The notes beneath the pieces are model-generated. The model was not told where the DNA came from, ran no database searches, and saw only the letters and a list, made by a program, of their open reading frames with translations. From assembly GCA_001938485.1 (NCBI GenBank), contig MQRK01213769.1, positions 19,888 through 83,887 on the forward strand: DNA of 64,000 bases, written 5' to 3'. Below are positions 36,901-50,860 of the stretch, piece after piece; the first letter of the stretch is position 1, and every line of letters begins with the position of its first letter. The stretch comes from Girardia tigrina (Eukaryota). Made by a program: the position numbers and the translations under genes.

Positions 36901-39759
36901 AACAAGAGGAGTTTACTTGAAGATCCATTGTTTGTTGTCAGCTAGATAGAGCAAAAATAACACCAAGAACAGCGATGCACATTGTCGATCCAGCTCTGAC
37001 ATTAGTGTCTGGATATTCATTTAAAACTTCTACATCCTACTTCACACTCAACAGACCTTGCCCCTAATGACTATCATTATTTTCTAATAGGAAAAAATTT
37101 TTTAATAGGAAAAATACTAAATTCTAAAAATTCCTTAAAAATGGATTTTCAGGATTTTATAGATACTTGCCCACTTAATTTTTTCAATAGCCTCACAAAG
37201 CTGCCGCTCAAATAGCAAAAGTGTGTCGATAATGTGGGTGCATACACTCATGAATTACAATAATATTTGTATTGGTAAATTATCAATTCACTGTGACTTA
37301 AGTTCTACAAATTTCATACTTTACGATCTAATAATTTTATATTTACAAAACAAATTTATTCATTTAAAAATACCTATTCTTTAGTATTAATTATAAACAA
37401 TTAATAAATATGTTTATTACGTTATCATAAATATATCTTTTCAAATATTTTAATTATTAATAAAATATTTTTACTTTCAAATTTAATTTTGGGAATAGAA
37501 AAAAATTTATATGTAAAATGATAAATTTCAATTAATTTCCACAAAACAGACTTTTTATTGCCAACAAAAAAGTCTAATTCAATTCATTTTAAAATTAAAA
37601 CACTTTGATTTTAAAAATTTCCAAATACAAGAGATTTTTACTTTAAAAAAAGTATAATAAATTACACTTTCGGTTTTGTAAATTTTATTCAAGTAAAATT
37701 TTTGATGGGGAAAAATCACACAGAATATTTATATGGATAAATTTATGGAACAAAGCGTCTCTTTAATATTATTCTTAATTTTCTAGTTTTATATTTATAT
37801 ATTATTATATAACGTCCGAAAAAGATTAATCTAGTGAATACCTTTCTGTATTTTAATATTTACATTATTATATTCTTGTCCAATATTTTAGGGTTCTTTC
37901 GATTTATAATGTCAGATAATTATATATAAATAATTTTTCTGTTATAAAATGATTGAAATTATTTTTTTAATAATAATTTATGGGTTTTTCTAATGGAAAT
38001 TGTAGAGATACTCGCGGATATAGAATGAAGTTTTCTAATGAGAAAAGAAGAAGAATCGAAAATCAGAGATATCTTTAATTTCATTTAAAACCATTTTAAT
38101 GGTGCTACAAAGATCTGATGCCCTGAAAATAGGTAAGGAATTTAAAATAATAAGAACAATAATTTCCCCGGAAAACAAGAGGTCAGCATTAAAAATAAGA
38201 AATAAATGAAAACTGTCTTCTACTTTTATGCAGAAAATATTATTGCAACATTTGAAATTAAAATAAGGTAAAGTACAATTGACAATTTCTTGAAGTCTTC
38301 AGTAAAGCGAATGTTAATCCTGTTTTAGTTATAAATTTTACTTAGGGGACGCGAATGTTTTACTAAACATAAAAATCTCTTTTTATTAAAACAAAACTTG
38401 AACTATGTTATCTGTTTTGAAAAATTTCATAAATCAAGAAGAAATTCAATAATAAAATGATCTTTAAAAGCTCAAATCTGAAAAGAACATTGTGATGTTT
38501 TATGCAAAACGTGAGAATAATATTTTTTTGTGTTTTAATTGTTAATTGATTGAGATCTTATTNNNNNNNNNNNNNNNNNNNNNNNNNNNNNNNNNNNNNN
38601 NNNNNNNNNNNNNNNNNNNNNNNNNNNNNNNNNNNNNNNNNNNNNNNNNNNNNNNNNNNNNNNNNNNNNNNNNNNNNNNNNNNNNNNNNNNNNNNNNNNN
38701 NNNNNNNNNNNNNNNNNNNNNNNNNNNNNNNNNNNNNNNNNNNNNNNNNNNNNNNNNNNNNNNNNNNNNNNNNNNNNNNNNNNNNNNNNNNNNNNNNNNT
38801 ATTACTATTTTAAATAATTTTAAGTAAAATAAGTTTTTTTGCATTAATATGATATTGATTCTTTCAATATAATTTTTTATATCAGCGAATTTCGAGAAAA
38901 TAATAAAACTATTTATTATTCAACTAAAAAATGTTCTGCACATTTATATTAGAAAAAAATTGACATTTACAATTTTAATATATTAAAAAATAATTTATAC
39001 TTTGGAATTTTAATGCAAATTTATGTTCATCATTAAACAAATTTTATTATTTTTTTATAAAACTTATTAAAAAAATTGACTGCCGACATAATTAAAACAA
39101 CCAGACAAAACATAAAGTTCATTAAATATTTAATAATTATAATAAAATTTATTGTTATATCATTTTTATGAATAGTATAAATTTAAGTTGTAAGTTATGT
39201 TTCAAACAATAATTTGGTAAAAAATGTTCATAAATTATTTACATTTTTTAATTAATAGAAATTTTATTTGTTAATGGGCTTAAATATTTTATTATATTTT
39301 TTTAAATTAGGTTACATTATAATACTTTATAAATTGATTTCTTATCCATTATGATTTTATACGTTTACATAGAATATTGAAGCCAAAAAATAATGTAAAG
39401 GAATATTAAACTAAAGTAGAAATCTTTAATAGAATATTAAAATTCGATTTAAACTGTTTTTTAACCTTTTTGCAACTTTTAGACATTTTAATTCGACATA
39501 TAAATTAATCTTAAAATATATATTTTTATTTAATATATTTCTACTACTTTAATGGTTTAAAACCAAATATAAAATGCAATAATGAATTGAAACTATATTT
39601 AAAGCTGAATGTTTGTATATATGTACATGTGGTAACTAAACTCTGGTAATTTGTTTTTGACATTCACGAGAAGTTTTCTATCAAAAGTTTTTATTTAATG
39701 TTAAAAAAATTTTTAAGATTATGTAAAATTGTTTTTTTTTCAATTTTGTAAAAATATAC

Positions 39760-40394
39760 GTAGAGAAGTATATCCAACGGACATGTCATGGAGAGAGAGA
39801 TAAGTACACCATTGGGATCAGAAAGTTATAGACCTTTATTCAATAGAACCGGCTTTGCGAATCGGTTATACCGGTATCAAACAGGATTTGATCTAGTCTA
39901 CCAGAGTCAAGTTGTAAAGAAAACGACAGTTGTCAAGGAAAAATTTCGGTTACTGTTGCTCAACGACCGTCGATCCGGATATATTTTGGCTTGTCCAGTG
40001 ATACCAATTCCTGTAGTATAAAGCTTTACCCTGTGAAATACCCTGTTTAGCTGCAAATATTGTTATTTGCCAGTTTTCGATTCCGCTGGGCTTCTTCAGT
40101 CCATAATTTTATTTAGGAGTGTTATATTCGATTAGATCTGGCAACTCTTTGTTTAAAATTTTAATATTTGTTAATTATATGATACAACGGGGACCAAGTT
40201 GAATCCTTGTTAACGGTTTTTTCTTTATTTAACTTAGCAACTGTGCATCATATCAAGTCCCAGATGACCGAATTTCAATGCTGGTTTGTTAATGCATTGT
40301 TTCTAATGGATTCTATATCGAAGGAACCTAAACTTGGTATGCACTCCCATGGAAATGAAGTTGTTACACCTTTAATGGTTAATGGATAATATCT
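39760..40394 (-). pseudogene. Decayed TRAF-like exon (coiled coil + MATH)
   Basis: Acceptor actttag|; NIKILNKELPDLIE...KKPSGIENWQITIFAAKQGISQGK aligns with TRAF TYDGVFIWKISDFARKRQEAVAGR; later PKFFLDNCRFLYNLTL; several stops and a frameshift. Confidence 0.55.
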
Positions 40395-40501
40395 CTAAAG
40401 TAAACCAAATAGTTTGAATAAATAGCATATTAAATTTCTTTATCAATTCCTTTTTTTAATCTTTTATTTTAAACTATTTTGTCAATGTTTTACAGGGTAG
40501 T

Positions 40502-43417
40502 CAGTAGCGTAGCATGAGTGGGGCGGGAAGGAGCGGTCTGCCCCGAGCGGCACAACTGTTGGGGGCGGAATTTCGGAATGGGAAAAATATTACAAATAAA
40601 ATGAAACGAAGAAAAATCTGACCAGAAATGCTGGCAATAACCAAATGCTAAAATGATGCTTAATTTAATGAAAACTGCCAATAGGCTGGAAGATTTATCT
40701 CTTACCAGTTATGCACAATTTATTTACCCTGTTAAATTAGAGTGCATAACAGTAATGAAGAGAGTCAAAGAGAGCGGGGCGTCATTTCGTAAGAAGAAAA
40801 AAGCTTTTGAAGAGGAGACAAAAAGGAATGGAGGAGCACTATTGAAATTCATCCAAAGAACTTCATTGCTTACGAAATAAGTGACGGATACGGAGGACGA
40901 CAATCCTGTATAGATTGGAGATGAAGTTGATATCCCCTATAGTACAGTTGAAATCGATACTGCTACTGCGAAAGGCAAAAGTGTCATTGATGCAGAACTT
41001 TCTGAGCTTGAAATTGAAACATAAGAAAGACAACAACTAATCACTCTGAAAACATACTTTGTAACTGAGTTTACTGACATTGATCTTTGGCATGTAAAGA
41101 TTAACCATGGAATCCATGCTATGCTTATTCAGCAATGATTTACTTCTATGCAGCACTTTCATTGTGAATTCAAAGAAATACCATAACCAGGAACGAAAAC
41201 AAAAAGGGGACACTAGGAAGATAATCAAAAAAAAGTTTTTTCGTAATTTGCGTAATGGAGTGAAAAGTATGAAAACATTGATGATGTTTTCTCTATCAAA
41301 GGAAGACCTGTTCTGCTTTCACTGCAAATTGTTTTCTGTTGGGCTATCTGGTTTTTCTGCTGAAGAAGGTTTTAAGAACTGGTGAAAATTAAATCATAAA
41401 GTTTATTCACACGAGGTTAGCACATCGCATGTCCTGGCATTCCTCAAGTGGAAGGAGCTAGAGATCCAGCTCTCTGAAAGAAAGGCAATAAATAAAGTAA
41501 AAGAAGAATTAGTTGAGAAAGGGCGGAAAGTTTTGGTTAGATCACAAGACATCATCAGATTTCTCTCCGCACAAAACTTAGCACAACGGGACCACCGAAA
41601 AGATATCCACGAAGACGAAGATCACGAAAATAGAGGAAATTTTTTTGGAAGCGGTTCATTTGTTGGCCAAGTATGACCCTGTTTTCCGTGAACATTTAGT
41701 AAAGTTAAGCTGGGAAGAGTTTCAAATCGAATTTGTGAGCATTTTAACAGAACAGGTGAGAAAGAAAATCATGGCTCAAGTCAAGAAGAGCAAGTATTTT
41801 TGCAGAAATTTTGACAGCACTCCAGATATATCTCACAAGGACAAATTGAGTGAGGTGTTAGGCTACGTATACAGGGATGGAAATGAAGAGAAAGTGGAGG
41901 AGTCAATTGTTTGCTTCATAGAGACAAAGGGAAAAAGCGCAAATGAAATTTCTGAACTGATATCGAAACAACTGGAAAACGACGAGATTCAGATTGATGA
42001 TTACCGTGGTCAGGCATACGACCATGCTGCGGTTATGGCTTCCCATCCATCAAGTGTCCAGAAAACATCTCTGAAATTAACCCGAAATCTCTATTTGTAT
42101 CATGTTCAAATCACTACCTAAATTTGGCTTGAATACATGCAGCTTTCGTTGTGGTTCACTCTCTTACATGTTTTAGCACATTGGAAAGTTTTTTCTTTTC
42201 TGCATCTGCACATTGCTAGGATGTCTTGATTCATGAAAATGGTCTAAGTATCAAATGGGTTGTGGAAACTAGTTGGATTCCTCCAGCAGATGCTGTAAAT
42301 GTGTTGGTGAACAAATCATCACAAGTCGTGACTGCTCTAGAGAAGCTCACCAAATAAACAAAAAAATGTAACGAAATATCAGATGCAACTTTAATTTTAT
42401 CATCAGTATCGTCATTTCCGTTTCTGTCGCATCTGAGTCTTTGGAATTCTGTTCTACCAGAGGATAATAATGCCCAGAAGTATCTTAGAACAAAAGGGCT
42501 GGATCTGCATCATAGTTTTGTCAAGCTTATAGCACTAAGAGAGATTATATTTTTCAGAATAGATAAAACATGGTGGACAGTGCAATGGACGAATTCAAGA
42601 AGCTCTGCTTTGAAATGGGGATAAGAATGGAGCGTCGAATTCACAAAAAAAAGAATGGATAGCGAGGAATCGACTTATGTAGCGATGATATTTGACGCTG
42701 AGTTGAGATGGGAAAGGCTGTCCGTTGCAGACAGGTGGATTGAGTAAATATATTCAGGATTTCAACAAGTTCATGATTTCTCAAACAAATATGTTGTCAT
42801 TGCACCATCGAATCTCTTTGATGATAATTACGATTGTAAACTTTGCGAAATAGAAGACGAAGAGTATAAAGAGAAACTCTTACCCCGTAAGAAGACTGAA
42901 GTATTTTATCCCAGCTTCCAAAATCGACAGAATTGACGGAGATACGGAGATATTACCTTGGGGACTCCGTCCATAATATTTTGATTTTGCTGCACATCTT
43001 TCTTACACTGGCTATGAGTGTTGCCCGCTACGAACACTTGTTTTCCAAACTACAACTGATAAAGAACTATCTCCAATCTACAATGAGCCAATCAAGGCTT
43101 ACAGACTTTACAGTCCTTTCTATTGAGAGGGAGCGCTCCTGAACTGAATTTTGATACTGTAATCAATAATTTTGCAGAAATGAAAGTGCGAAAAGTTTAT
43201 TTGTAAATAAAATTTGTAAATTTTTTTTACTTGGTAATTTTTATAAATATAATAAGAGTATTGCTAGAAAAATATGAAATTAAAGTAAGTAAGTATTTAA
43301 TTTTTAGCATAGGCAGTAATTAAGGGTTTTGAATAATGGGTTAAAGTTAGGATTATGGTTAGGGGGCGGCAAATCTTAGGACCACCCGGGTTGCCAATAA
43401 CAATTGCTACGCCACTA
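40502..43417 (+). mobile_element. Full-length hAT (Tip100/ZMYM1-like) transposon, disrupted
   Basis: TIRs CAGTAGCGTAGC / GCTACGCCACTA; 8-bp TSD agggtagt / cggttagt; LFCFHCKLF, DSTPDISHKD, RGQAYDHAAVM, FSKLQLIKNYLQSTMSQSRL. Confidence 0.95.
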
Positions 43418-44429
43418 CGGTTAGTCCTCTGGTATTCTAAAAAATCATGAAAAGTATCGATTATTTTTGGAAAAATGAAGGACAGGAAGATAAAAAAAAT
43501 AAAAAGTAAGGTAATTTATAATTCCCATTTCAGACGTTTAAAAGGGTATTTTTCTAAACTTTCCAAATTTCGAAATCTGACTGTTTTTTACCCATAGAAG
43601 TATTTTAGCAAAAACATTTTTAATAAAGAAATAACTGAATTTTTTTGATTTTTTCTCTATTTTTTAATTTTAAAAAAATCAATAATTAATCTCATGTTTT
43701 AAAAAAAAGTTTTTCATAAAATATTCACAGAAATAAATTAACTGTTAATAGTCATTACAAAATTATATAATTAATTTGGACATAAAACTGAAAATAAAAC
43801 TAATTTATTAAATTAGCAATTTCTAAAAAATAACAAATTAATCCACAATAAATGAAATATAAATCGTCTTTTTTCATATTATAGTTATATTAATTTAAAA
43901 TGATTTTATTTGTGAATAAATTTTCATTTTTTTCTTCTCGAAAAAGGATAACTTTTAATTAAAAAAACAGATATTAATCAAAATTTAAATGTTTTTCTTT
44001 CAAAAATAAATTTGATAAAAATGATAATAAATGATGATTTTTTTCTTAGATTTTTATTTATTATTACATTTTCTTTTTATATTTACCAAAATATTTTTAA
44101 GAAATTCATCATGATAAATGAAAATTAATTTATAATTTAATTTTTTATTAATTTTGATTAAATCTTTGTAAAATAAAATATTATTGGTAATGAAATTATT
44201 ATTTTTAATTTTTAAATTTTCTTGAAAACTTTAATAAACAGAAAAGTTTTCTTTGGAAATGGTACGTAAAAGTTGAACAGTGTTTGATGAGTTAGCTTGA
44301 ACTATTGCTTTCAATTGACCTTTTAAAAAGGTTAAATTACTGTAAAAGAAAAAAAATTACTGAAACGTATGTTTCAGTGAACTATTTTAGCGATATGTTT
44401 AAATTAATAAAAATATAACTTAAACTTAA

Positions 44430-44820
44430 ATTCAACAAACTATATTAATGATAACTGCCAAGTGTAGCAAGGGGGAAAGAGATTCGACGAATTCAAACTA
44501 TTATGGCACATGTCGATCAATATTGATTTCAAATCACGAGACAATTTTATGTAGCAATTGTTCCTGATTTTGATTAATTTGACAAAAAATAACGGTAGAG
44601 ACAATTTTTTTTCTTTGATTGAAAAAATGGAAAGGTATTTATTGAGATTGGTAACTGTAAAAGTAATTCCTTGGATCGGATGTGGAGTTGATCTCAGTTA
44701 TGTTGATTTGTTTGTTTCTTTTTATTTTTCTTGTACACGGACAATAATTTGCTCTAACTGGAATCGAAAGGAATCACACTTCTTATCCGATTTTTATACA
44801 ATTGTTAGGATTTGAATAAT
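44430..44820 (-). pseudogene. Decayed TRAF-like fragment (coiled coil + MATH)
   Basis: One frame ~125 codons with 3 TAA stops: FQLEQIIVRVQEK...STPHPIQGITFTVTNLNKYLSIFSIKEKKLSLPLFFVKLIKIRNNCYIKL; HP...I...V...YL...S and FFV...YI.L shared with the 12.9/25.3 kb copies. Confidence 0.5.
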
Positions 44821-45284
44821 TAGGTAAACCCAAGATAATTAACTATTTATATGTTCGTATTTATATCACTCATGGAGATGTCCATATTGTTATTGGTTTT
44901 TTTATAATTTGATATTTATTATTTATATCTATAAATATTTAATTAAATATGCATATATATATATATGTTTTTTGACTAGAGTTCACTACAATTACAATTG
45001 AAATGTACCTGAAATATTAATTCCTTTTTTTAAATTTACATTAAACTTTGCACGAATTAGCCTTTTTCCAGCTTTTTTTCAAAGGTCTAAAAAATATTTT
45101 TAAAATTATTGTGGACAATAAATATGGTAAAAGTGATAAATAATCAGAAACGGAAAATATGAAATGGATAGACCGAACATTTTTCAAAAGAAAAAAATAT
45201 TAAATAGTTTAAACAAAAAACAAGTCAAACTTTTTATCTATTCTAAAGACTAATAAAGTCCGTTTGTAAAAAATAATAATAAAA

Positions 45285-45477
45285 AATTATCGAATATAAG
45301 ACTACCCTAAATAAAACGTTTTTGTCATGTTTTTATTATTTACAAACTTAAATATATTCAAGAACAAATTCAGTAAACATGTAAATTTAATTATTAAAAA
45401 GAAAAATTTTGAAATAACAAAAAATGACAAAAAAGTTATTACTTAGGGAGGTCTAATTTTTGAGAAAACCGGTTAAA
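45285..45477. mobile_element. Degenerate pogo/Tc2-type MITE
   Basis: taagactaccctaaataaaacgtttttgtcat inverted to atgacaaaaaagttattacttagggaggtctaa. Confidence 0.55.
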
Positions 45478-46217
45478 ACATTACTACTATTTCTATCAAA
45501 GTTGCCAAAACACAGCTTTAAAATTTTAAATTTAAATTATTTTTTAAGTTGAAATATTTTTTTCTCATGTCAAGTTTTAACTTTTCGTAGATTAATTTAT
45601 TAATAATCATTTCCAAAGTTGTTTGCTTTTAAATACAAAGTTGTCAACAGAAACCTTTTCTTCGAAATAGGTGATCACAAAATCGCGGTAGAAATAGTGT
45701 TATATAAATTTTTTTTTAAATCATAGAAATGTATAACAAATTTTAAAATATTGGAAAATTTAATGGGGAAAATCTGTTTGATAAGAGTGAGAATATTAAC
45801 TGTTTTTTGATTTAATGTGTGTCATAATGTAAATGTGGGATAATTTTTTTATTGGTTACCCAATCAAATGGAAAAATGTATTTCATTGGGGGATTTTTTT
45901 GACTAATTTTTTTCGTCACATTTCAAAATTAAAAAAATAATAAATTGAGTCAATTTAAAAAAAGTGGTTCTGACTTAAAGAAGAAAGCGAGTTGTCTATT
46001 TGAATCAAAATAATAACAATAAAGGCATGAATTAAAATGATATTATAACATATTATGATTTTACTCAAAGAAAAGCAGTTAAAAGAAAATTTATTTAAAA
46101 GCAAATCATTCAAATTTGAGCAGAAATAAATATTACAAAAGAACTTTATTGACAACCTGAAACAATTAACAATACTGTATTTACTGATAACAGTGTAGAT
46201 CATATTAAAGTATTTTA

Positions 46218-47510
46218 CGTGGTGCGATCCCTAAGTCCTTAGACTGGTTGACAAATAAGATTATGATGTATATGCCTTTGATACTATAAATAGATGATCT
46301 ATCATTGGTTACAGATATGACTCACCATACCCAACCTGTGTGTGTGAGTTGTGCGTACAGCCATTATTTCACTTTTTACTGTAGGCATGGACAGTAACGT
46401 CAAATGTCGCAGCGTGATAAAATTTTGTACTCCAGCGCAATACTAAAATCTGCGATATTTTCCAGTAGTTGCAGGAAGCTTACGATGACTAGTGCCCATC
46501 ACGTGCAACAGTGTATAATTGGATCAAAGACTTTAAACATGGTCAACAGTCCGTTTTTGATGCTAAGAGATCATGACGACAGTGTGAAATTTTACCTGGG
46601 AAAAGTAATTTGTGCATGAAGATCGTGTCAGAAGAGAGACGAATAAGCATCCGTGAACTTGCACAGCGTCTATCCATCAGCTACCATTCTACATATGATA
46701 TTCTGCAATCATTTGGAGTTCGCAAACCGTGTTCACGTTTTGTTCCCCGATTCCTATCCGATGAAATGTGCGACAAACGTTTGCAGTGTTGCACTGCCAA
46801 TTTGGAGTTGCTTCGTACTCATGGTGTGTGAAATCATCAACAACATCATTACACAAGAAGAAACCACGGTGAGCTTGTATGTACCTGAGAGCAAGCGTCA
46901 ATCTTCTGAATGGTGCTTCCACTGTGAAAGTGCTCCCCGAAAACTTCGAAGCGGCACCTCGCACAAGCGAGCATGAATGCTGAATGTGTTCTGGGATTCC
47001 CATGGCATTATTAAAATTGATTTCAGTGAGAAAGGACTGACAATGAATAGTGAGTATTATATTGAATTACTTCGCGATGTGAGAAAGTCTCATAAGAAGC
47101 CAAGAAGGATCCCATGGAGGCTCCTTCAAGACAATGCACCCATTCAGACTTCGCGAGCAACTTTGACTGCTGGGGATGACTGTGGCTTTCAGTTAGTTTC
47201 CCACTCCCCTCCTATAGCTCTGACCTAGCCCCGCGTTGTTTAAACACCTAAAGAAACATTTGAAAGGTGTCCTTTTTCATTCAGTTTATGTCCTCAAAGA
47301 GGAAGTTCTTGATATTCTCAATTCTTTGCCTCCAAATTTTTACAAAAATGCGTTCTCTGAGCTTGTTGCTCGCTGGCGCAAGTATGCTGATGTACATGGC
47401 TCATACATTGAAAAATGATTTACTTTGTTGTCATGTACTGATTCTGAAAAAATAAAGTTGATTGGACTTTGCTTTCTTGTCGAGTCTAAGGACTTATGGA
47501 TCGCACCATG
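46218..47510 (+). mobile_element. Full-length mariner, disrupted; related to 3675-4935
   Basis: TA-flanked TIRs cgtggtgcgatccctaagtccttagact / agtctaaggacttatggatcgcaccatg; CSRFVPRFL, VFWDSHG, LQDNAP. Confidence 0.95.
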
Positions 47511-47877
47511 TATCTACATCTTCCATAGTTTTTTTTACTAATATTCCATATGACATAATCGACCATTTTAAATATGATTAATTATGGAATGTGGTGTGTT
47601 TGTGAGTTTGAATGACATGACATAATAATCTTGGACATGAATCATTACATCATTAATAATCCCCATATATAAAGAATTTTATATGATTTAATAATAGAAT
47701 TTGATAAATAGACTTGAGACTTATATTTAATAACAATATGTTAATATTTATATAACCGAGGTTCGATTTTGATGAACCTGAGTTGTTGGTATGCAATACA
47801 TAGAAACGGTCTTCATGATAAAGTTTTCAATGAAATCTTTATATAAAATATTTTTATACTTTAAATAAAAATTGAAA

Positions 47878-48292
47878 TTATTAAGAAGACCAATATAACT
47901 TTTAATATTTTTATTATTACACCAAGTTCGATTGTCATAAAGACAATCTTTGTAAAAGCTTTCGTAAGATTGCATTCGTCTAATCAATTATGAGAATTAA
48001 GTTTAAATTTTAATTTCCAAAAAAATTTTTTATTTAATCAATTTAAAAATAATTAAAAAAATATTAACTTTTAATATTTTTAATACTTTTAAATTTTTAA
48101 TATTCAAATTTGAAATGATTTACTATTTTTAAAAAGTTTTTAATATCTTACAGTGTAATTTAAAATGCAAACTCGAACTATTCATCGCGAGTATCCAAAA
48201 TACCAGTTTTCTATCTGTGTGGGAGAAACACATTTCTATATAATAAACTCAACATACTAATTTCATCATACCATATGTAAAATATTCCTCAC
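47878..48292 (-). repeat. Linked pair: bipartite motif copy 3 (48205-48292) + hairpin repeat (47878-47995)
   Basis: Same order and orientation as the pair at 34822-35259 (that pair spans an N-gap). Confidence 0.7.
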
Positions 48293-49374
48293 AAAAGAGT
48301 TTCTGTAAAAAATATTAGTAGCACAATTAAACATTCCTTAAATACCTAATACTAATTTAATACCTAAAATAGTTTCAAAAGAGTTTCCCAACCTAACAAT
48401 CATATTTAATACCTAACTTTAAATAATATTGTTAAATAATAATTTTTTAATTGAGAGCAATCAACAATCAATTGATAAACTTAATAAAACAAAAGAATCA
48501 TTTTAATATTGAAAAATATAGGAAATTAAAAGAATTGACGAAGTATTAAGGTTATTATTAAAATGTTCCCTAAAAACTTATTAAGCGGAAATTTTTAAAG
48601 CTGTTAATAGAATTTCCGGGTTCAAAATTTTCATTATAATTAAAGAAAATTTTTCATTCTCCCTCAAAACTGATTAATTTTTAAAGACATATTTTAATAT
48701 AATTTTCCATCAAAAGGATGTCATTTTATTTATCTTTTGAAAGATTTACTTGGAAAACCAATCCATTAATCATGTTAAAATTTATCTCTTCTATTTTCTT
48801 TAGCAGTTCTCTAATTTTAAGAAATAAATAATAATAAAATAAATGTTCTTCAAAAGCAATTAAAAGTTTTTTTGACATTTTAAATATACTTTGAATAAAA
48901 CTTTTTAACACAGATGCTTTAAATTTATTGTTTGAGCGTGATCAGAAAAAAATATTATTTTTAAAATCATTTCCTAAATTATAAACTAACCATCAAATAA
49001 AACCACATTTAATATATTGTTCGTTTTTATAAATGATTATATTTTTTTTAGTTTTTATTAAAATAAATTATTTTTTGTTTTGCATTTAAATATTTAAAAT
49101 TGGTTTTACACTTTTCATACAGTGTTCAAACAAAATGTCACATCGACGAAATGTTGGTGACTTATATCTATTGCCTGTTTAATCACATTTATTGATTTAA
49201 GTTTTATTTTTAGTCAAAAATCTGGTTTGATTCATTATGTACTTTATCTAAACACAACTCACACAGTTTTGTCATTGATTGTTATTTCCTTCGTTAGGAT
49301 TCTTAAATGGAAGATGAATTTATTTTTAAGTCTAATTTTTTTGTCTATACGTATTATATTTGTTTCTATAGCTA

Positions 49375-50491
49375 CCATGTTTCTCCAAGTATAAAACGTC
49401 CCCTAATCTTTAGTAATCCCCCCAGCAAAATTTTATGAAAAATGATTTATTACCTTTGTCTAAGAATTTTTCCTTTTGGAACTATATTTTTATTTTGCTT
49501 CTTTCCTAAAATATAACTGTTGGGAACGTTCATAAAATAAAATTTTTGAATGTTATGAAATTATTAGATAAACAATTACATTCCATAAAATATTGTTATA
49601 AATATGTTAAAATAGATTTTCAGAAATTTAATATAAAAAATTAATTTAAGTAAGAAATAAAATAAATTTTACGGTAGGGTTATTAAAAGATTTATGTAAA
49701 GATTTATTATAAAAAAAGTAATTTCAAATTGGATTAAAATATTTATTTGAAATAAAATAAAAGTAATTTAAGTTTGATATTTTTATTTTCGAAATAAAAG
49801 CAAACTAAACTAATTTTTGCAACTTTTAAATCAAAATAAAATAAAAATGTGGTTATAATTTTTTGGAAAATGTAATTATAATTTTTTATTGGAAATTAAA
49901 AAATTGGAATTAAAAGTAATTGAAAACCCTTAAATTGACTTAAATAAAAAAATGANNNNNNNNNNNNNNNNNNNNNNNNNNNNNNNNNNNNNNNNNNNNN
50001 NNNNNNNNNNNNNNNNNNNNNNNNNNNNNNNNNNNNNNNNNNNNNNNNNNNNNNNNNNNNNNNNNNNNNNNNNNNNNNNNNNNNNNNNNNNNNNNNNNNN
50101 NNNNNNNNNNNNNNNNNNNNAAATCATATTTTTATTTATACATATTTCTATTTATATTGGTTGTGTAAAAAAAGAAAATACAAAAGTTCCTCAAAAAATA
50201 TTTGTTTAAAAAATTCTAATTGTTATAGAAATAAATTGTGGTGTTCGTTATAATGTCTTGTGAGCAAGAATCCAATAATAACCAAAAACAAATATATAAA
50301 AAATTTTAAAAATTTACTTTTTAAGAAATATTATTAAAACAAATGTATAAATAATATGATAGATTTATATATAATTTTATTAAATAATGACTTAATTAAT
50401 TTGCACTAAAATCTGTCATTTTTAACTTTTAAAATTTTGCTGGGGAGGATTACTAAAGATTAGGGGATGTCTTATATTAGGAGAAACACGG
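49375..50491. mobile_element. pogo/Tc2-type MITE containing a nested solo LTR
   Basis: TA|CCATGTTTCTCC...cccctaatctttagtaatcc inverted to ggattactaaagattagggg...GGAGAAACACGG|TA. Confidence 0.85.
49518..50277 (+). mobile_element. Solo LTR with 5-bp TSD
   Basis: ATAAC|TGTTGG ... CCAATA|ATAAC (CA end mutated); homologous to 2775-5398; contains an N-gap. Confidence 0.7.
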
Positions 50492-50639
50492 TATTTCTTT
50501 AATGTAACATTGAGTATTTTACGTTACTGTGGCATAATTTAGTTTTATGCTAAACTATGCAAGTTTAGGAAAAATTGTTTGTTTTCTACTGTTGTTACAC
50601 AATGATTCTCATCAAAGCCCTGTGTAATATTTACATTAT

Positions 50640-50860
50640 CTGATAGAGCATTATACTGCCGAGAAGTTCAGATATCCATCATTCACGTAATTTTCTATTA
50701 GGCTGTCTACAAATTTCGATATTAAATATAAAAAATCACACTCTAGATGATCTTCAACAAAACTCTACATATCTTTTTCGCTCTATACAACCACAAACAT
50801 TGTTTTAATATGTTTGTGCGTATTGGATCGTACCTAGAGGAAAAAAGTGTCATTTTTAAA
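50640..50860 (+). mobile_element. Highly degenerate Tc1-like transposase C-terminus
   Basis: PRSSDI...FLLGCLQ...HTLDDLQQ...IQPQTL resembles PRSPDL..DFFLWGYLK...TLDDLK. Confidence 0.5.

Noticed and set aside
38542-38844. ORFs spanning N-gaps or (TA)n runs (also 11863, 33431, 49930, 60340)
   Set aside because: Artifacts of gaps and microsatellites.
12085-44820. TAA/TAG reassigned to Gln (many in-frame TAA/TAG stops in otherwise long frames)
   Set aside because: TGA stops and frameshifts also occur, and TE ORFs show stops at non-Gln positions; AT-biased decay explains the pattern.
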